Assembly: GCA_043827405.1 (NCBI GenBank)
Contig: JBDRPD010000062.1
Coordinates: 73,933-137,932 of the forward strand
Direction: 5' to 3'
Source of the DNA: Elusimicrobiota bacterium
GTDB lineage: Bacteria > Elusimicrobiota > Elusimicrobia > UBA1565
DNA: 64,000 nucleotides
The translations under genes were made by a program, and so were the position numbers. Of the stretch, positions 27,674 to 37,184 are shown piece after piece (position 1 is the stretch's first letter; every line of letters begins with the position of its first letter). Below the pieces are notes generated by a model. It was not told where the DNA came from. It ran no database searches and saw nothing but the letters and a program-made list of their open reading frames with translations.

Positions 27674-28071
27674 TCAAGATTAGGGTGAAGTGCCAACACT
27701 GCGGGAAATCCCTGATGGACCCGAAACATCTCATCGATTCAAAGCCGTCGATACGACTGGCGGCGATAATCGGCCGCAAGAAGGCCACCTTGCGGCTCAG
27801 CGCCTTCTACGGCAGCTACCGATTCGAGAGCTCCGTTCCCCTGCGGGAGGGGCAGCTCGTTCGAGGTTTATGCCCCCACTGCCGCAAGGAGCTTAAAGGC
27901 TCCCGAATCTGTGAGAAGTGTGAGGCGGCCATGATCCCGCTCGCGATGCAGGAGGGCGGGATGGTGCAGATATGCTCACGGAAGGGGTGCAAGAAGCATC
28001 TCATCGAGTTCGAAGATCCTGAAGCCGAAATCCGCGCATTCTACGCCAAATATTCCACATTTTTCAAGTGA
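27670..28071 (+). CDS. Small Cys-rich (probable metal-binding) protein
   Basis: CQHC, CPHC, CEKC, CSRKGCKKH; ATGA-coupled to the NuoE-like gene. Confidence 0.8.
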   Translation: MIKIRVKCQHCGKSLMDPKHLIDSKPSIRLAAIIGRKKATLRLSAFYGSYRFESSVPLREGQLVRGLCPHCRKELKGSRICEKCEAAMIPLAMQEGGMVQICSRKGCKKHLIEFEDPEAEIRAFYAKYSTFFK

Positions 28072-31000
28072 GTCCAAGCATGACCGCAAAAACACTGACC
28101 AAGAACCCGGTCGGACTGACCACGCAAAATAAGATACGCAGTGTTTCGGACTATGACGCGCTGCGGAAGGTCGTTTCCGCCGAGCGGAACTCCTATGAGA
28201 CCCGTATCAGCGTCGGCTGCTCGAGCTGCTCCGCTTCCGATGCCGAGGCTTTGCGGATTGCGCTGACAAATGCGGTGGTCAAGAATGGTCTGCAGGACCG
28301 GGTTCTGGTTCGGATTTCCGGGTGTCACGGCTTTTGCGCACAGGGCCCGCTGGTGCTGATGATCCCCGAAGGAATCTGCTATGTGCAGGTCAAACCGGAG
28401 GATGCCGACGAAATCATAGAAAAGACGGTGGCCAAGGGCAATATCATCAAACGCTTGCTGTATGTCGACCCGAAGACAAACGAAGCTTATCAGTATGAGA
28501 GAAGGATCCCTTTTTATAAAAAACAGATGCGCCTCCTCATGGACTACAACAAACGCATCGACCCCAGAGATATCCGCACATTTATAGCGATAGACGGTTA
28601 TGACAGCTTGGCCAAGGTCCTCAGCCGGATGTCTCCGGAGGACGTGATTCTTGAGGTCAAAAACTCCGGTCTGCGAGGCCGGGGCGGGGCCGGATTCCCG
28701 ACCGCGTTCAAATGGGACTTCTGCCGAAAAGCCAAGGGCGAGCCGAAATATGTGATCTGCAACGCCGATGAAGGCGACCCCGGCGCCTATATGGATCGCA
28801 GCGTCATGGAGAGCAATCCCCACAGCGTTCTCGAGGGCATGATCATCGGGGCCTACGCTATCGGGGCCCGTGAGGGCTACATTTATATCCGGAACGAATA
28901 TCCCGTGGCCGTCAAGCACATTCAAGAGGCCGTCAAACACGCCTATGAGTACGGCTTGCTCGGCAAAAACATCCTAAACACGGGGTTCGACTTCGATGTC
29001 CATGTGGAGCGGGGCGCGGGTGCCTTCGTCTGCGGCGAGGAGACGGCCCTTATCGCCGCCATTGAGGGCCGGCCGGGCGTGCCGATGCAAAGGCCGCCCT
29101 TCCCCGCCACCAATGGCCTTTGGGGCAAACCAACAAACATCAACAACGTTGAGACCTGGGCCAACGTTCCCTTGATCTTCACCCGGGGTGCGAGCTGGTA
29201 CTCCCACTTCGGCACTCGCAACAGCAAGGGCACTAAGATTTTTTCTCTGGTGGGCAAGGTGCGCAATACCGGCCTAGTGGAAGTGCCCATGGGGACGACG
29301 TTTCGGGAGATTATCTACGACATCGGCGGCGGCATCAAGGACGACCGTCAGTTCAAGGCTGTCCAGACCGGGGGGCCCTCCGGAGGATGCATCCCTGAGG
29401 AGTACCTCGATCTGATGGTGGACTATGAGAGTCTCGCCAAGGCGGGTTCGATCATGGGCTCCGGCGGCATGATCGTCATGGACGAGCAAACCTGCATGGT
29501 GGACGTGGCCAAGTATTTCATGAACTTCCTGCGCGGCGAGTCCTGCGGCAAGTGCCTGTCCTGCCGGGAAGGGACGCAGAGACTCTGGGAGCTGCTGGGA
29601 GATATCTGCGAGGGGAGAGGAACGGAGGAGCATGTCGGACTCATTGAGGAGCTGGCGCTGACGGTGAAGGAGAGTTCGATGTGCGGGCTCGGCCAGACGG
29701 CGGGCAACCCCGTGCTCAGCACTCTCCGCTACTTCCGCGAGGAATACGAAGAACATATTCGTGACGGGAAGTGCCGCGCCGGAGTATGCACAATGGGGAA
29801 GGCGCCTTGCGAGTTGGGCTGCCCGATCAGCATGAATATCCCCGCCTATATCGCGCTGACGCAGGCGGGTCGGTTGGACGATGCCTACCGGGTTCTGAAG
29901 CGGACTAATCCGTTCCCGAGCGTATGCGGCCGCGTCTGCAGCCAGCAATGCGTGAGCAAGTGCCGGCGCGCGCAGCTCGACGAGGCTCTTGCCATCAAGA
30001 ACCTGAAGCGCTTTATCACGGACCAGGGCGAGCGGCCGCGAGTCGAAAAGATTCCGACCACGCGCAAGGAGCGGATCGCCGTGGTGGGGGCGGGACCGTC
30101 CGGCCTCGCCGCCGCCTGGGAGCTGCGCAAAAGGGGCTATGCCGTCACTGTATTTGAAGAGCATAAGGATGCCGGCGGCATGATGCGCCTATGCATCCCG
30201 GCCTTCCGGCTGCCGCATGAGGTGCTGGAGCAGGAGATACAGGACATCGTGGCGACCGGCGTCGAGCTGCGGCTCGGCACAAAAGTCGGCCGTGACGTTT
30301 CCTTCGCGGAGCTTGATCAGGACTTCAAGCATATCTATCTCGCGGTCGGCGCCCAGTTCGGTGCCGTGCTCGGCATCCCCGGCGAGAAGGCGACGGGAGT
30401 TTATGACGCCCTGCGCTATCTGAAGGAGGTCAATGCCGGCAGGAAGACCGGCCTTGGCCGACGGGTCGCGGTTATCGGGGGCGGCAATACGGCGATCGAC
30501 GCGGCGCGGACCGCCGTTCGGGACGGCGCCTCGGAGGTCACCATTTTTTACCGGCGGCAGCGCCAGGAGATGCCGGCGCTCAAGGAAGAAGTCGAAGCCG
30601 CGGAAGCCGAAGGCGTCAAGATCGAGTTTCTCGCGGCGCCGGTCCAGGTCCTCGCAAATAACGACCGCGTCGCCGCCCTTGAGCTGCGCCGCATGAAGCT
30701 TGGCGACATGGATGCGAGCGGCCGTCGGCGGCCGATACCGATAGAGGGCTCGGAGTTCAAGGTGGAGGTGGATGCGGTCATTTCCGCCGTTGGGCAAGAG
30801 GCGGACCTTGGTTTCGTGCCTGCCGGGAGCGGAGTTCGGATAACCCGGAACCGCGTTTTGGTGGACGGGAAGTTCCATACGTCCATGCACAAGGTATGGG
30901 CCGGCGGAGATGTGGTAACGGGACCGGCCATGGTCATCGACGCTATCCATGCCGGAGTAGAAGCTGCCCGCGCCATCGATGCCGCGGTGCGCAAGGCCAA

Positions 31001-31292
31001 GGGAGAGGGGCCGTGGATCCCGCCGTTGGCGGAGCCGATCGCTATTCCTATGGATCCCCCCGCCGGGTCCAAAAAACAGCCCTGCGTGCATATGCCGACG
31101 CTGGCGGCCGGGAGAAGAAGAGACGGATTCCAAGAGGTCGAAACGGGCTACTCGGATGAGCAGGCCCGGCTCGAAGCGAGCCGGTGTCTGCGCTGTGATT
31201 TCAAGGCGGAGCCCCCTGTGGTGAAGAAGAAGGGGGCGGGTAAGACGGAAATCCGCAAAGGGAAGAGAGGCCGCGGAAAAAAACATGCCTAG
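28068..31292 (+). CDS. NuoF/HydB-like FMN-NADH subunit fused to a GltD/NfnB-like FAD-NADPH oxidoreductase
   Basis: GCHGFC thioredoxin-like FeS domain; GLRGRGGAGFP, CNADEGDPGAYMDR, GGPSGG, ESCGKCLSCREG, CGLG; then CELGCP, CGRVCSQQC, GAGPSG, GGGNTA, YRR, EASRCLRC; start GTG 28068 or ATG 28080. Confidence 0.93.
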   Translation: MSPSMTAKTLTKNPVGLTTQNKIRSVSDYDALRKVVSAERNSYETRISVGCSSCSASDAEALRIALTNAVVKNGLQDRVLVRISGCHGFCAQGPLVLMIPEGICYVQVKPEDADEIIEKTVAKGNIIKRLLYVDPKTNEAYQYERRIPFYKKQMRLLMDYNKRIDPRDIRTFIAIDGYDSLAKVLSRMSPEDVILEVKNSGLRGRGGAGFPTAFKWDFCRKAKGEPKYVICNADEGDPGAYMDRSVMESNPHSVLEGMIIGAYAIGAREGYIYIRNEYPVAVKHIQEAVKHAYEYGLLGKNILNTGFDFDVHVERGAGAFVCGEETALIAAIEGRPGVPMQRPPFPATNGLWGKPTNINNVETWANVPLIFTRGASWYSHFGTRNSKGTKIFSLVGKVRNTGLVEVPMGTTFREIIYDIGGGIKDDRQFKAVQTGGPSGGCIPEEYLDLMVDYESLAKAGSIMGSGGMIVMDEQTCMVDVAKYFMNFLRGESCGKCLSCREGTQRLWELLGDICEGRGTEEHVGLIEELALTVKESSMCGLGQTAGNPVLSTLRYFREEYEEHIRDGKCRAGVCTMGKAPCELGCPISMNIPAYIALTQAGRLDDAYRVLKRTNPFPSVCGRVCSQQCVSKCRRAQLDEALAIKNLKRFITDQGERPRVEKIPTTRKERIAVVGAGPSGLAAAWELRKRGYAVTVFEEHKDAGGMMRLCIPAFRLPHEVLEQEIQDIVATGVELRLGTKVGRDVSFAELDQDFKHIYLAVGAQFGAVLGIPGEKATGVYDALRYLKEVNAGRKTGLGRRVAVIGGGNTAIDAARTAVRDGASEVTIFYRRQRQEMPALKEEVEAAEAEGVKIEFLAAPVQVLANNDRVAALELRRMKLGDMDASGRRRPIPIEGSEFKVEVDAVISAVGQEADLGFVPAGSGVRITRNRVLVDGKFHTSMHKVWAGGDVVTGPAMVIDAIHAGVEAARAIDAAVRKAKGEGPWIPPLAEPIAIPMDPPAGSKKQPCVHMPTLAAGRRRDGFQEVETGYSDEQARLEASRCLRCDFKAEPPVVKKKGAGKTEIRKGKRGRGKKHA

Positions 31293-31989
31293 GATTACGA
31301 TAGACGGTATTCCGCTGGAGGCGGAAAAGGGTTGGAGCGTTCTGGAGGCCGCGCGCTTCCTGGGTCTTGAGATTCCCACCCTTTGCCACCTGGACGGGCT
31401 TTCCTCTTTCGGGGGGTGCCGGCTTTGCGTGGTTGAAACCGGGACCGGAAAGCGGGCACGCCTGGTCACCTCTTGCACTTATCCGGTCGAAGAAGGCTTA
31501 AGCGTGAGGACGAACTCCGCCCGGGTCTTGCGGAGCCGGAAGATGCTTATCGAGCTGCTGCTGTCGGTCTGCCCCAGTTCGAAGGTCATCCAGGATATGG
31601 CGGCCAAGTTCGGCGTCCAGAAGATGCGGTTCAAGCCGAGAAACGACGACTGCATCCAATGCGGGCTGTGCACCAGGATTTGCGAGGAGCAGATGATGGC
31701 GAAAGCCATCGGCTTCGTCGGCCGGGGGCAGGAGCGGCGCATCACGACGCCGTTCGATAAAACGTCGGAGCAGTGCCGGCGCTGCGGAGGGTGCATGCAT
31801 GTGTGCCCGGTCTGCACGTCGCGGTGCCACGGCTCCACCGCTGCGGGCGCCGTCTGCAACAACTGCATGCCCCTGCAGCCGACTTGTATCGAGAGCTTGG
31901 ACGACTTCGCATGCTACTTAGGACCGACGGGAAATTGCGGGACCTGCGTCAAGAAGGATGAACAGGAAAAGGCGACTCCAGGAGGATAG
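31285..31989 (+). CDS. NuoG/HydA N-terminal-like Fe-S electron-transfer subunit without a catalytic domain
   Basis: IPTLCH, GGCRLCVVE, TSC, CIQCGLCTRIC, CRRCGGCMHVCP plus extra C-terminal cysteines. Confidence 0.9.
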   Translation: MPRITIDGIPLEAEKGWSVLEAARFLGLEIPTLCHLDGLSSFGGCRLCVVETGTGKRARLVTSCTYPVEEGLSVRTNSARVLRSRKMLIELLLSVCPSSKVIQDMAAKFGVQKMRFKPRNDDCIQCGLCTRICEEQMMAKAIGFVGRGQERRITTPFDKTSEQCRRCGGCMHVCPVCTSRCHGSTAAGAVCNNCMPLQPTCIESLDDFACYLGPTGNCGTCVKKDEQEKATPGG

Positions 31990-31991
31990 CT

Positions 31992-33575
31992 ATGGCTACA
32001 AACGGCGTAAACGCCAGCGCGGCGACACTTACTAAGAACAGGACCCCGGACTCTACGAGCCCGCTCAGCGGACTCTGCTCCACCTGCGTGGACGGCTGCA
32101 TCGGGATGTGCGAGGTCGGGCGCTCGGCCATCCGGGCGCATGAGACGATATACCCGCAGCCGTTCGGGATTATCACCACGGCCAGCGAGAAGAAGTATCC
32201 GGTGGATTTTTCCCATTTCAATATTATGGGCACGGCGGTCGGAGCGCACGGGATCGCGGCCGATTCGGACAAAGCGATCTTTCCGAACGTGAAGCTCGAG
32301 ACTCGACTGGGCGCTAACGGCGGCATCAAGCTCAAGCTCCCGTTCGTGTCCGGAGGCATGGGGTCCACCAATGTCGCGGCCAATAATTGGGAGGGACTCG
32401 CGGCCGGAATGGCCATCAGCGGCGCGGGCCTCACCATCGGAGAAAACGTCTGCGGGATGGATCCCCAGAGCACCATTACGCGGGGGAAGGTCGTGGATTC
32501 CCCGGAGCTCGCCCGCCGCGTGAAGCTCTATACGCGCTGGCAGCGCGGCGGCTACGGTATCGTCGTGGTGCAGGCGAACGTGGAGGACACCCGGCTCGGC
32601 GTGCAGGAGTACGCTATCAAGAAGCTCGGCGTGAAGGCGGTCGAGCTGAAGTGGGGGCAGGGCGCCAAGAACATCGGCGGCGAGGTCAAGATCAAGAGCC
32701 TGAAGAAGGCGCAGCTCCTGGCGGACCGGGGCTATGTGGTGCTGCCGAACCCGTATGACAAAAACGTGATCCAGGCTTTTGAAAAAGGAGGATTCTCGGA
32801 GTTCGAGCGTCACTCCCGCGTGGGCATGGTCGAGGAAGAGAGCTTCCTGGACCGCGTCAAGGAACTGCGCAAGGCCGGAGCCAAATACGTGAGCCTGAAG
32901 ACCGGCGCCTATCGTCCGGCCGATCTGGCGCGGGCATTGAAGTTCGCCTCCAAGGCCAAGGTCGACTACCTTACGGTCGACGCGGCGGGCGGCGGGACGG
33001 GCATGAGCCCCTGGAAGATGATGAACGAATGGGGGATGCCCCCGGTGGAGCTTTTCTCGCTGCTCCACAAGTACTGTGAAGTGCTGGCGTCGCGGGGCGA
33101 GTATATTCCGCCCATCCTCCCGGCCAGCGGGTTTGTCTTTGAGGATCACATCTTCAAGGGCTTCGCGATGGGCGCTCCGTACGTGAAGGCCATCTGCATG
33201 GCGCGCGCTCCGCTGACCGCCGCCATGGTCGGAAAGACCATCGGCCAGAAGCTCGCTGACGGCGTTCCGCCCGTGTTCGTCGGCCGCTTCGGGGCGACGG
33301 TCGAGGAGGTCTTCGTTGAGGCGAATCATCTAAAGCGGGAGTTCGGCAAGGACTACGCCAATCTTCCCCCCGGGGCCATCGGGGTGTACTCCTATCTGCA
33401 GCGCTGCGCTCAAGGTCTGCGGCAGATGATGTGCGGCGCCCGGAAGTTCGCGCTTAACTACATAACCCGGGATGACCTGGCCGCGCTGACGCCCGATGCC
33501 GCCCGGATCAGCGGTATTAATTACGTGATGGACCTGGATCGGGATGAGGTGGATAAAATACTCACTGGATCGTAA
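31992..33575 (+). CDS. FMN-binding glutamate synthase family protein (stand-alone GltB2-like domain)
   Basis: N-terminal CSTCVDGCIGMC; MGST, ELKWGQGAK, LKTG, TVDAAGGGTG; GGAGG RBS. Confidence 0.9.
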   Translation: MATNGVNASAATLTKNRTPDSTSPLSGLCSTCVDGCIGMCEVGRSAIRAHETIYPQPFGIITTASEKKYPVDFSHFNIMGTAVGAHGIAADSDKAIFPNVKLETRLGANGGIKLKLPFVSGGMGSTNVAANNWEGLAAGMAISGAGLTIGENVCGMDPQSTITRGKVVDSPELARRVKLYTRWQRGGYGIVVVQANVEDTRLGVQEYAIKKLGVKAVELKWGQGAKNIGGEVKIKSLKKAQLLADRGYVVLPNPYDKNVIQAFEKGGFSEFERHSRVGMVEEESFLDRVKELRKAGAKYVSLKTGAYRPADLARALKFASKAKVDYLTVDAAGGGTGMSPWKMMNEWGMPPVELFSLLHKYCEVLASRGEYIPPILPASGFVFEDHIFKGFAMGAPYVKAICMARAPLTAAMVGKTIGQKLADGVPPVFVGRFGATVEEVFVEANHLKREFGKDYANLPPGAIGVYSYLQRCAQGLRQMMCGARKFALNYITRDDLAALTPDAARISGINYVMDLDRDEVDKILTGS

Positions 33576-33595
33576 ATCAGCGCCGCAAAGTTGAA

Positions 33596-33635
33596 AGCGC
33601 CCCGGCGTACGCCAACGCCGGGGCGCTGTTATTTT
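33596..33635 (+). terminator. Rho-independent terminator closing the redox operon
   Basis: 13-bp perfect stem AGCGCCCCGGCGT-acgcca-ACGCCGGGGCGCT followed by GTTATTTT. Confidence 0.8.
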
Positions 33636-33673
33636 CGGCAAGAAGGGGCGCGGCGTGTCCGGTTCGGGGGCCG

Positions 33674-35512
33674 TCAGGTGATCCGGCGGCTGTAGAGCTG
33701 CAGCAGGTCGGTACGGCTGACGATGCCGATAATTTTTCGCGAGTCTTCGCGGTCGACGATCGGCAGGTGGTCGATCCCGTCGATGTTCATGCGGCGGATG
33801 ACCTCGCCGGCGGGATCGTCGGCGTACAGCGGCTTGCCGGCGGTGCGCATGATCTTCTCGATCGGCAGATCGGACGGCGGCGGCGGCTCGTGATCGTAGG
33901 CCGCCTGCGTCTCGGCATAGGTTACCATGCCGACCAGCCGGTCGTCCTTGTCGACGACCGGGAAGCCGGTGCGCTTGGTCTTGTTGAAGTGGCGGCCGAG
34001 CTTGCCGATCGGAAAGTCGTGCTCGATGGTGATCACCTTCCGGGTCATGATCTCCGAGATCGGCGTGACATTCAAGAGCGAAGTGTCCGGGCGCTGGTTG
34101 AGCTGGATGCCGCGCCGCGCGAGCTTCATGGTGTAGATCGACTCCGGCTCAAAGGTGCGGGCCGTCATCACGGCGGCGACAACGGAAACCATCAGCGGCA
34201 GGATAATCGAGTAGTCGTTGGTCATCTCGAAGAGGATCAGGATCGCCGTTAGGGGCGCATGCGTGGCGCCGCCGACGAAGGCCGCCATGCCGACCATGGC
34301 GTAGGCTCCCGGATCGACGATGCCCGGAAAGGGGATGCTCATCACCGCGCCGAACAGGCCGCCGAGCATGGCGCCGCAGAACAGCGACGGCATGAACACG
34401 CCGCCCGAGCCGCCCGAGCCGAGCGTCAGCGAGGTCGACAGCGTCTTCGTGAGCAGCAGCAGCAGCAGGACCTTCATGGTAAAGGCGCCGGTCAGCGCCT
34501 GTTCGATGACGAGGTAGCCGGCGCCCAGCGCGCCCGGGACGAAAAAGCCGAGCGCGCCGACCAGCAGGCCGCCGACCGCCGGCTTCCAGGCGTCGTCGAT
34601 TTTGAGCCGCAGGTCGAACTCGTCCTCTATGGCGTAGAGCGCGCGCACGAACAGCTTGGAGGTTATCCCCGCCAGGACGCCGAGAATGAGGTAGAGCACC
34701 AGCTCGCCGGAATGGATGAGGCGGTAGTGCGGGACCGAGAAATAGGCCGACGCGCCGTGCAGCCCCCGGGAGACGCTTGAGGCGACGACCGTGCTCAGCA
34801 CCACCATGGCGAAGGGCGCCGCCGAGATTTCGCCGAGGATGATCTCCATGGCGAATGCCATGCCGCCGAGGGGGGCGTTGAAGGCGGCGGCGATGCCGGC
34901 CGCCGAGCCGGCGGCGGCCATGGTCTTGAGCGTTACCGGGGGCAGGCGGAAGCGCTGGGCCAGATAAGAGCCGATGGAGGCGCCGATCTGTACGATCGGG
35001 CCTTCGCGTCCGGCCGAGCCGCCGGTGCCGATCGTCATGGCGCTGCAGAAGGCCTTGAGCGCCGCCACGCGGCCCCGGATGCGGCCGCCCTGCTGGTGCA
35101 TCGCCAGCATAACCTCGGGGACGCCGTGTCCTTTCGATTCCGGCGAATAGTTCTTGATGATCGGCCCGACGATCAGCCCGCCGATCGCCGGAAAAAACAG
35201 GATCTTCCAGCGCGACCACAGGGGGACGTCGGTCAGCGAAAATGGGGAGCCGCCCAGGCCGAGGTGGGAAACTTTGCGGATCATGATATCGAAGACGTAG
35301 GTGAAGGTGCCGGTGAACAGCCCGATGAGCACCGAGAGAACGACCAGAAACTTGGTCTCGGAAGGAGCGAGCATCGGCCCGTAATGCTTGAAGGTCGACC
35401 GCGTCCATCCGCGGACCTCTATCCAGTTTCGCAGGGCGGCCTGCGCCCAAGCCGGCACCTCGGAGAGGGTCTTCTTGTTCAGGTCTTGATCCGTTCGATC
35501 GCTTTGCGCCAT
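33674..35512 (-). CDS. ClC-family chloride channel/transporter with a C-terminal CBS pair
   Basis: GHGVPE, GSAGREGP, AAFNAP, GGVFMP, ESIYT; CBS motifs FPVVD and LPIVD; ATG 35512 preferred. Confidence 0.93.
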   Translation of the reverse strand: MAQSDRTDQDLNKKTLSEVPAWAQAALRNWIEVRGWTRSTFKHYGPMLAPSETKFLVVLSVLIGLFTGTFTYVFDIMIRKVSHLGLGGSPFSLTDVPLWSRWKILFFPAIGGLIVGPIIKNYSPESKGHGVPEVMLAMHQQGGRIRGRVAALKAFCSAMTIGTGGSAGREGPIVQIGASIGSYLAQRFRLPPVTLKTMAAAGSAAGIAAAFNAPLGGMAFAMEIILGEISAAPFAMVVLSTVVASSVSRGLHGASAYFSVPHYRLIHSGELVLYLILGVLAGITSKLFVRALYAIEDEFDLRLKIDDAWKPAVGGLLVGALGFFVPGALGAGYLVIEQALTGAFTMKVLLLLLLTKTLSTSLTLGSGGSGGVFMPSLFCGAMLGGLFGAVMSIPFPGIVDPGAYAMVGMAAFVGGATHAPLTAILILFEMTNDYSIILPLMVSVVAAVMTARTFEPESIYTMKLARRGIQLNQRPDTSLLNVTPISEIMTRKVITIEHDFPIGKLGRHFNKTKRTGFPVVDKDDRLVGMVTYAETQAAYDHEPPPPSDLPIEKIMRTAGKPLYADDPAGEVIRRMNIDGIDHLPIVDREDSRKIIGIVSRTDLLQLYSRRIT

Positions 35513-36483
35513 AGGGAAGATACAAGATACCTTTTCAGGTCCTGTTCGGGAACCCAGCGGGCCGCGGCCGGCAGCCGGCCGGAGATCGCGGCGGCGCGGA
35601 CGCGGAGCGTGATGCGATGATGCGTGATGCTGTGGCGGATCGTCCGCAGCGGAACGCCCGCCTTGGCGCGGCGGAGGTGCCGCGGCTCGGGAAGCCCCCA
35701 GTGACCGCCGAGGAGGCGCTCGTCCGCGGCGCGGCGCCACAGCAGCCGCTTGCCGTTTCGCCGGATGTCCAGCCCGGTCCATTCCAGCCGGATCGTCGTC
35801 CGCCGGGCGGTCCGGCCGGGCAGCCGGTTCTGGGCGCCGTGCTGGCAGGCGAAGCAGAATTCCTGGAGCGGGCATTGCCGGCAGCGCGGGACATCCGGCG
35901 GGGGGAGGCAGACGAGCGCCCCGAGCTCCATAAGCGCCTGATTCCAATCCCCGGGACGCCGGGGATGCAGCAGCTCGCGGGCGGCCGCCCACAGCCGGCG
36001 CGATACCGCGGCCGTCTTGACGTCGCCGCGCACGCCGCGCAGGCGGGCGAGGACGCGCGCGACGTTGCCGTCCACCAGTTCATGGGGACGGCCGAAAGCG
36101 ATCGAGGCGATCGCGGCCGCCGTATACGGACCGATCCCCGGCAGGGCGCGCAGCGCTTCGAGGCGGTCGGGCAGCCGGCCGCCGTGCTCGGCGGCGACCG
36201 CACGGGCCGCGCGGCGCAGGCTGCGGGCGCGGGAATAGTAGCCGAGGCCGGCCCACAGGCGGAGGACGTCGCTCTCGCGCGCCCGCGCCAGCGCCCGCAG
36301 CGACGGGTACTTTCGCAGGAAGCGGCGGAAGTACGGCACGACCGTGACAACCTGCGTCTGCTGCAGCATGATTTCGGAGAGCCAGACGCGGTAGGGGGAG
36401 GGATTCTCCCGCCAGGGGAGGCGGCGGCGGTGCCTGTCATACCAGTCAAGAAGGCGCCGCCGCAGGGCCGCCCGCTTATTCAT
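35479..36483 (-). CDS. mutY: A/G-specific adenine glycosylase
   Basis: LPWR, VWLSEIMLQQT, WAGLGYYSRAR, LPGIGPYTA, VDGNV, C..(7)..CRQCP...C FeS cluster. Confidence 0.95.
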   Translation of the reverse strand: MNKRAALRRRLLDWYDRHRRRLPWRENPSPYRVWLSEIMLQQTQVVTVVPYFRRFLRKYPSLRALARARESDVLRLWAGLGYYSRARSLRRAARAVAAEHGGRLPDRLEALRALPGIGPYTAAAIASIAFGRPHELVDGNVARVLARLRGVRGDVKTAAVSRRLWAAARELLHPRRPGDWNQALMELGALVCLPPPDVPRCRQCPLQEFCFACQHGAQNRLPGRTARRTTIRLEWTGLDIRRNGKRLLWRRAADERLLGGHWGLPEPRHLRRAKAGVPLRTIRHSITHHRITLRVRAAAISGRLPAAARWVPEQDLKRYLVSSLWRKAIERIKT

Positions 36484-37184
36484 CGCGCGGCGCTTCGGCT
36501 AACGCCGGACCGCTCCTCGCGCAGCAGCCGTCCGTCTTTCATGTGCAGCACATGCTGTGCGCGGTCGGCGATCTCCTTGGCATGGGTGACGACGAGCAGC
36601 GTCATCCCCTCCCGGTGCAGGTCGTCGAAGAGATCGAGGATTTCAACCGCCGTGCGCGAATCGAGATTGCCGGTCGGCTCGTCCGCCAGCAGGACGGAGG
36701 GGGAGTTCGCCAGAGCGCGGGCGATCCCGACGCGCTGACGTTCTCCGCCGGAAAGCTCCAACGGGGTATTGCCGTTCTTGCCGCCCAGGCCCACGCGCGC
36801 CAGCAGTTCCGCGGCGCGGGCGCACGCTCGGTCGCGCGTGATGCCGGCGTAGTTCATCGGCAGGCAGACGTTCTGCAGGGCGGTCATGCGCGGCAGCAGG
36901 TTGAACGACTGGAAGACGAAGCCGAGCTTGCCGCGGCGCAGGCACGTGCGCTGGCCGTCGTCGAGCCCCTCTGCCTGCTGCCCGTCGAGCCGGTAGGAGC
37001 CCGAGGTCGGGGTGTCCATGAGCCCGAGCAGGTTAAGCAGCGTCGATTTGCCGCAGCCCGAGGGGCCCATGATCGCGGCATACTCGCCGGCGGGGATGCT
37101 GAACGACACGGTATCGAGCGCGCGGAAGACGTTGTCTCCCTTGCCGTATTCCTTGACGAGGTCTTGCGCTTCGATTACCGCCAT
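36480..37184 (-). CDS. ABC transporter ATP-binding protein (LolD/MacB-like)
   Basis: GPSGCGKST, FVFQSFNLL, LSGGERQR, LLADEPTGNLD. Confidence 0.93.
   Translation of the reverse strand: MAVIEAQDLVKEYGKGDNVFRALDTVSFSIPAGEYAAIMGPSGCGKSTLLNLLGLMDTPTSGSYRLDGQQAEGLDDGQRTCLRRGKLGFVFQSFNLLPRMTALQNVCLPMNYAGITRDRACARAAELLARVGLGGKNGNTPLELSGGERQRVGIARALANSPSVLLADEPTGNLDSRTAVEILDLFDDLHREGMTLLVVTHAKEIADRAQHVLHMKDGRLLREERSGVSRSAAR

Noticed and set aside
27182..31989. Respiratory complex I or [FeFe]-hydrogenase
   Set aside because: No membrane Nuo subunits; the NuoG/HydA-like protein is 234 aa and lacks H-cluster motifs.
35513..35992. N-terminal extension of the ClC ORF
   Set aside because: Low-complexity alternative-frame read-through inside mutY; ATG 35512 is the plausible start.
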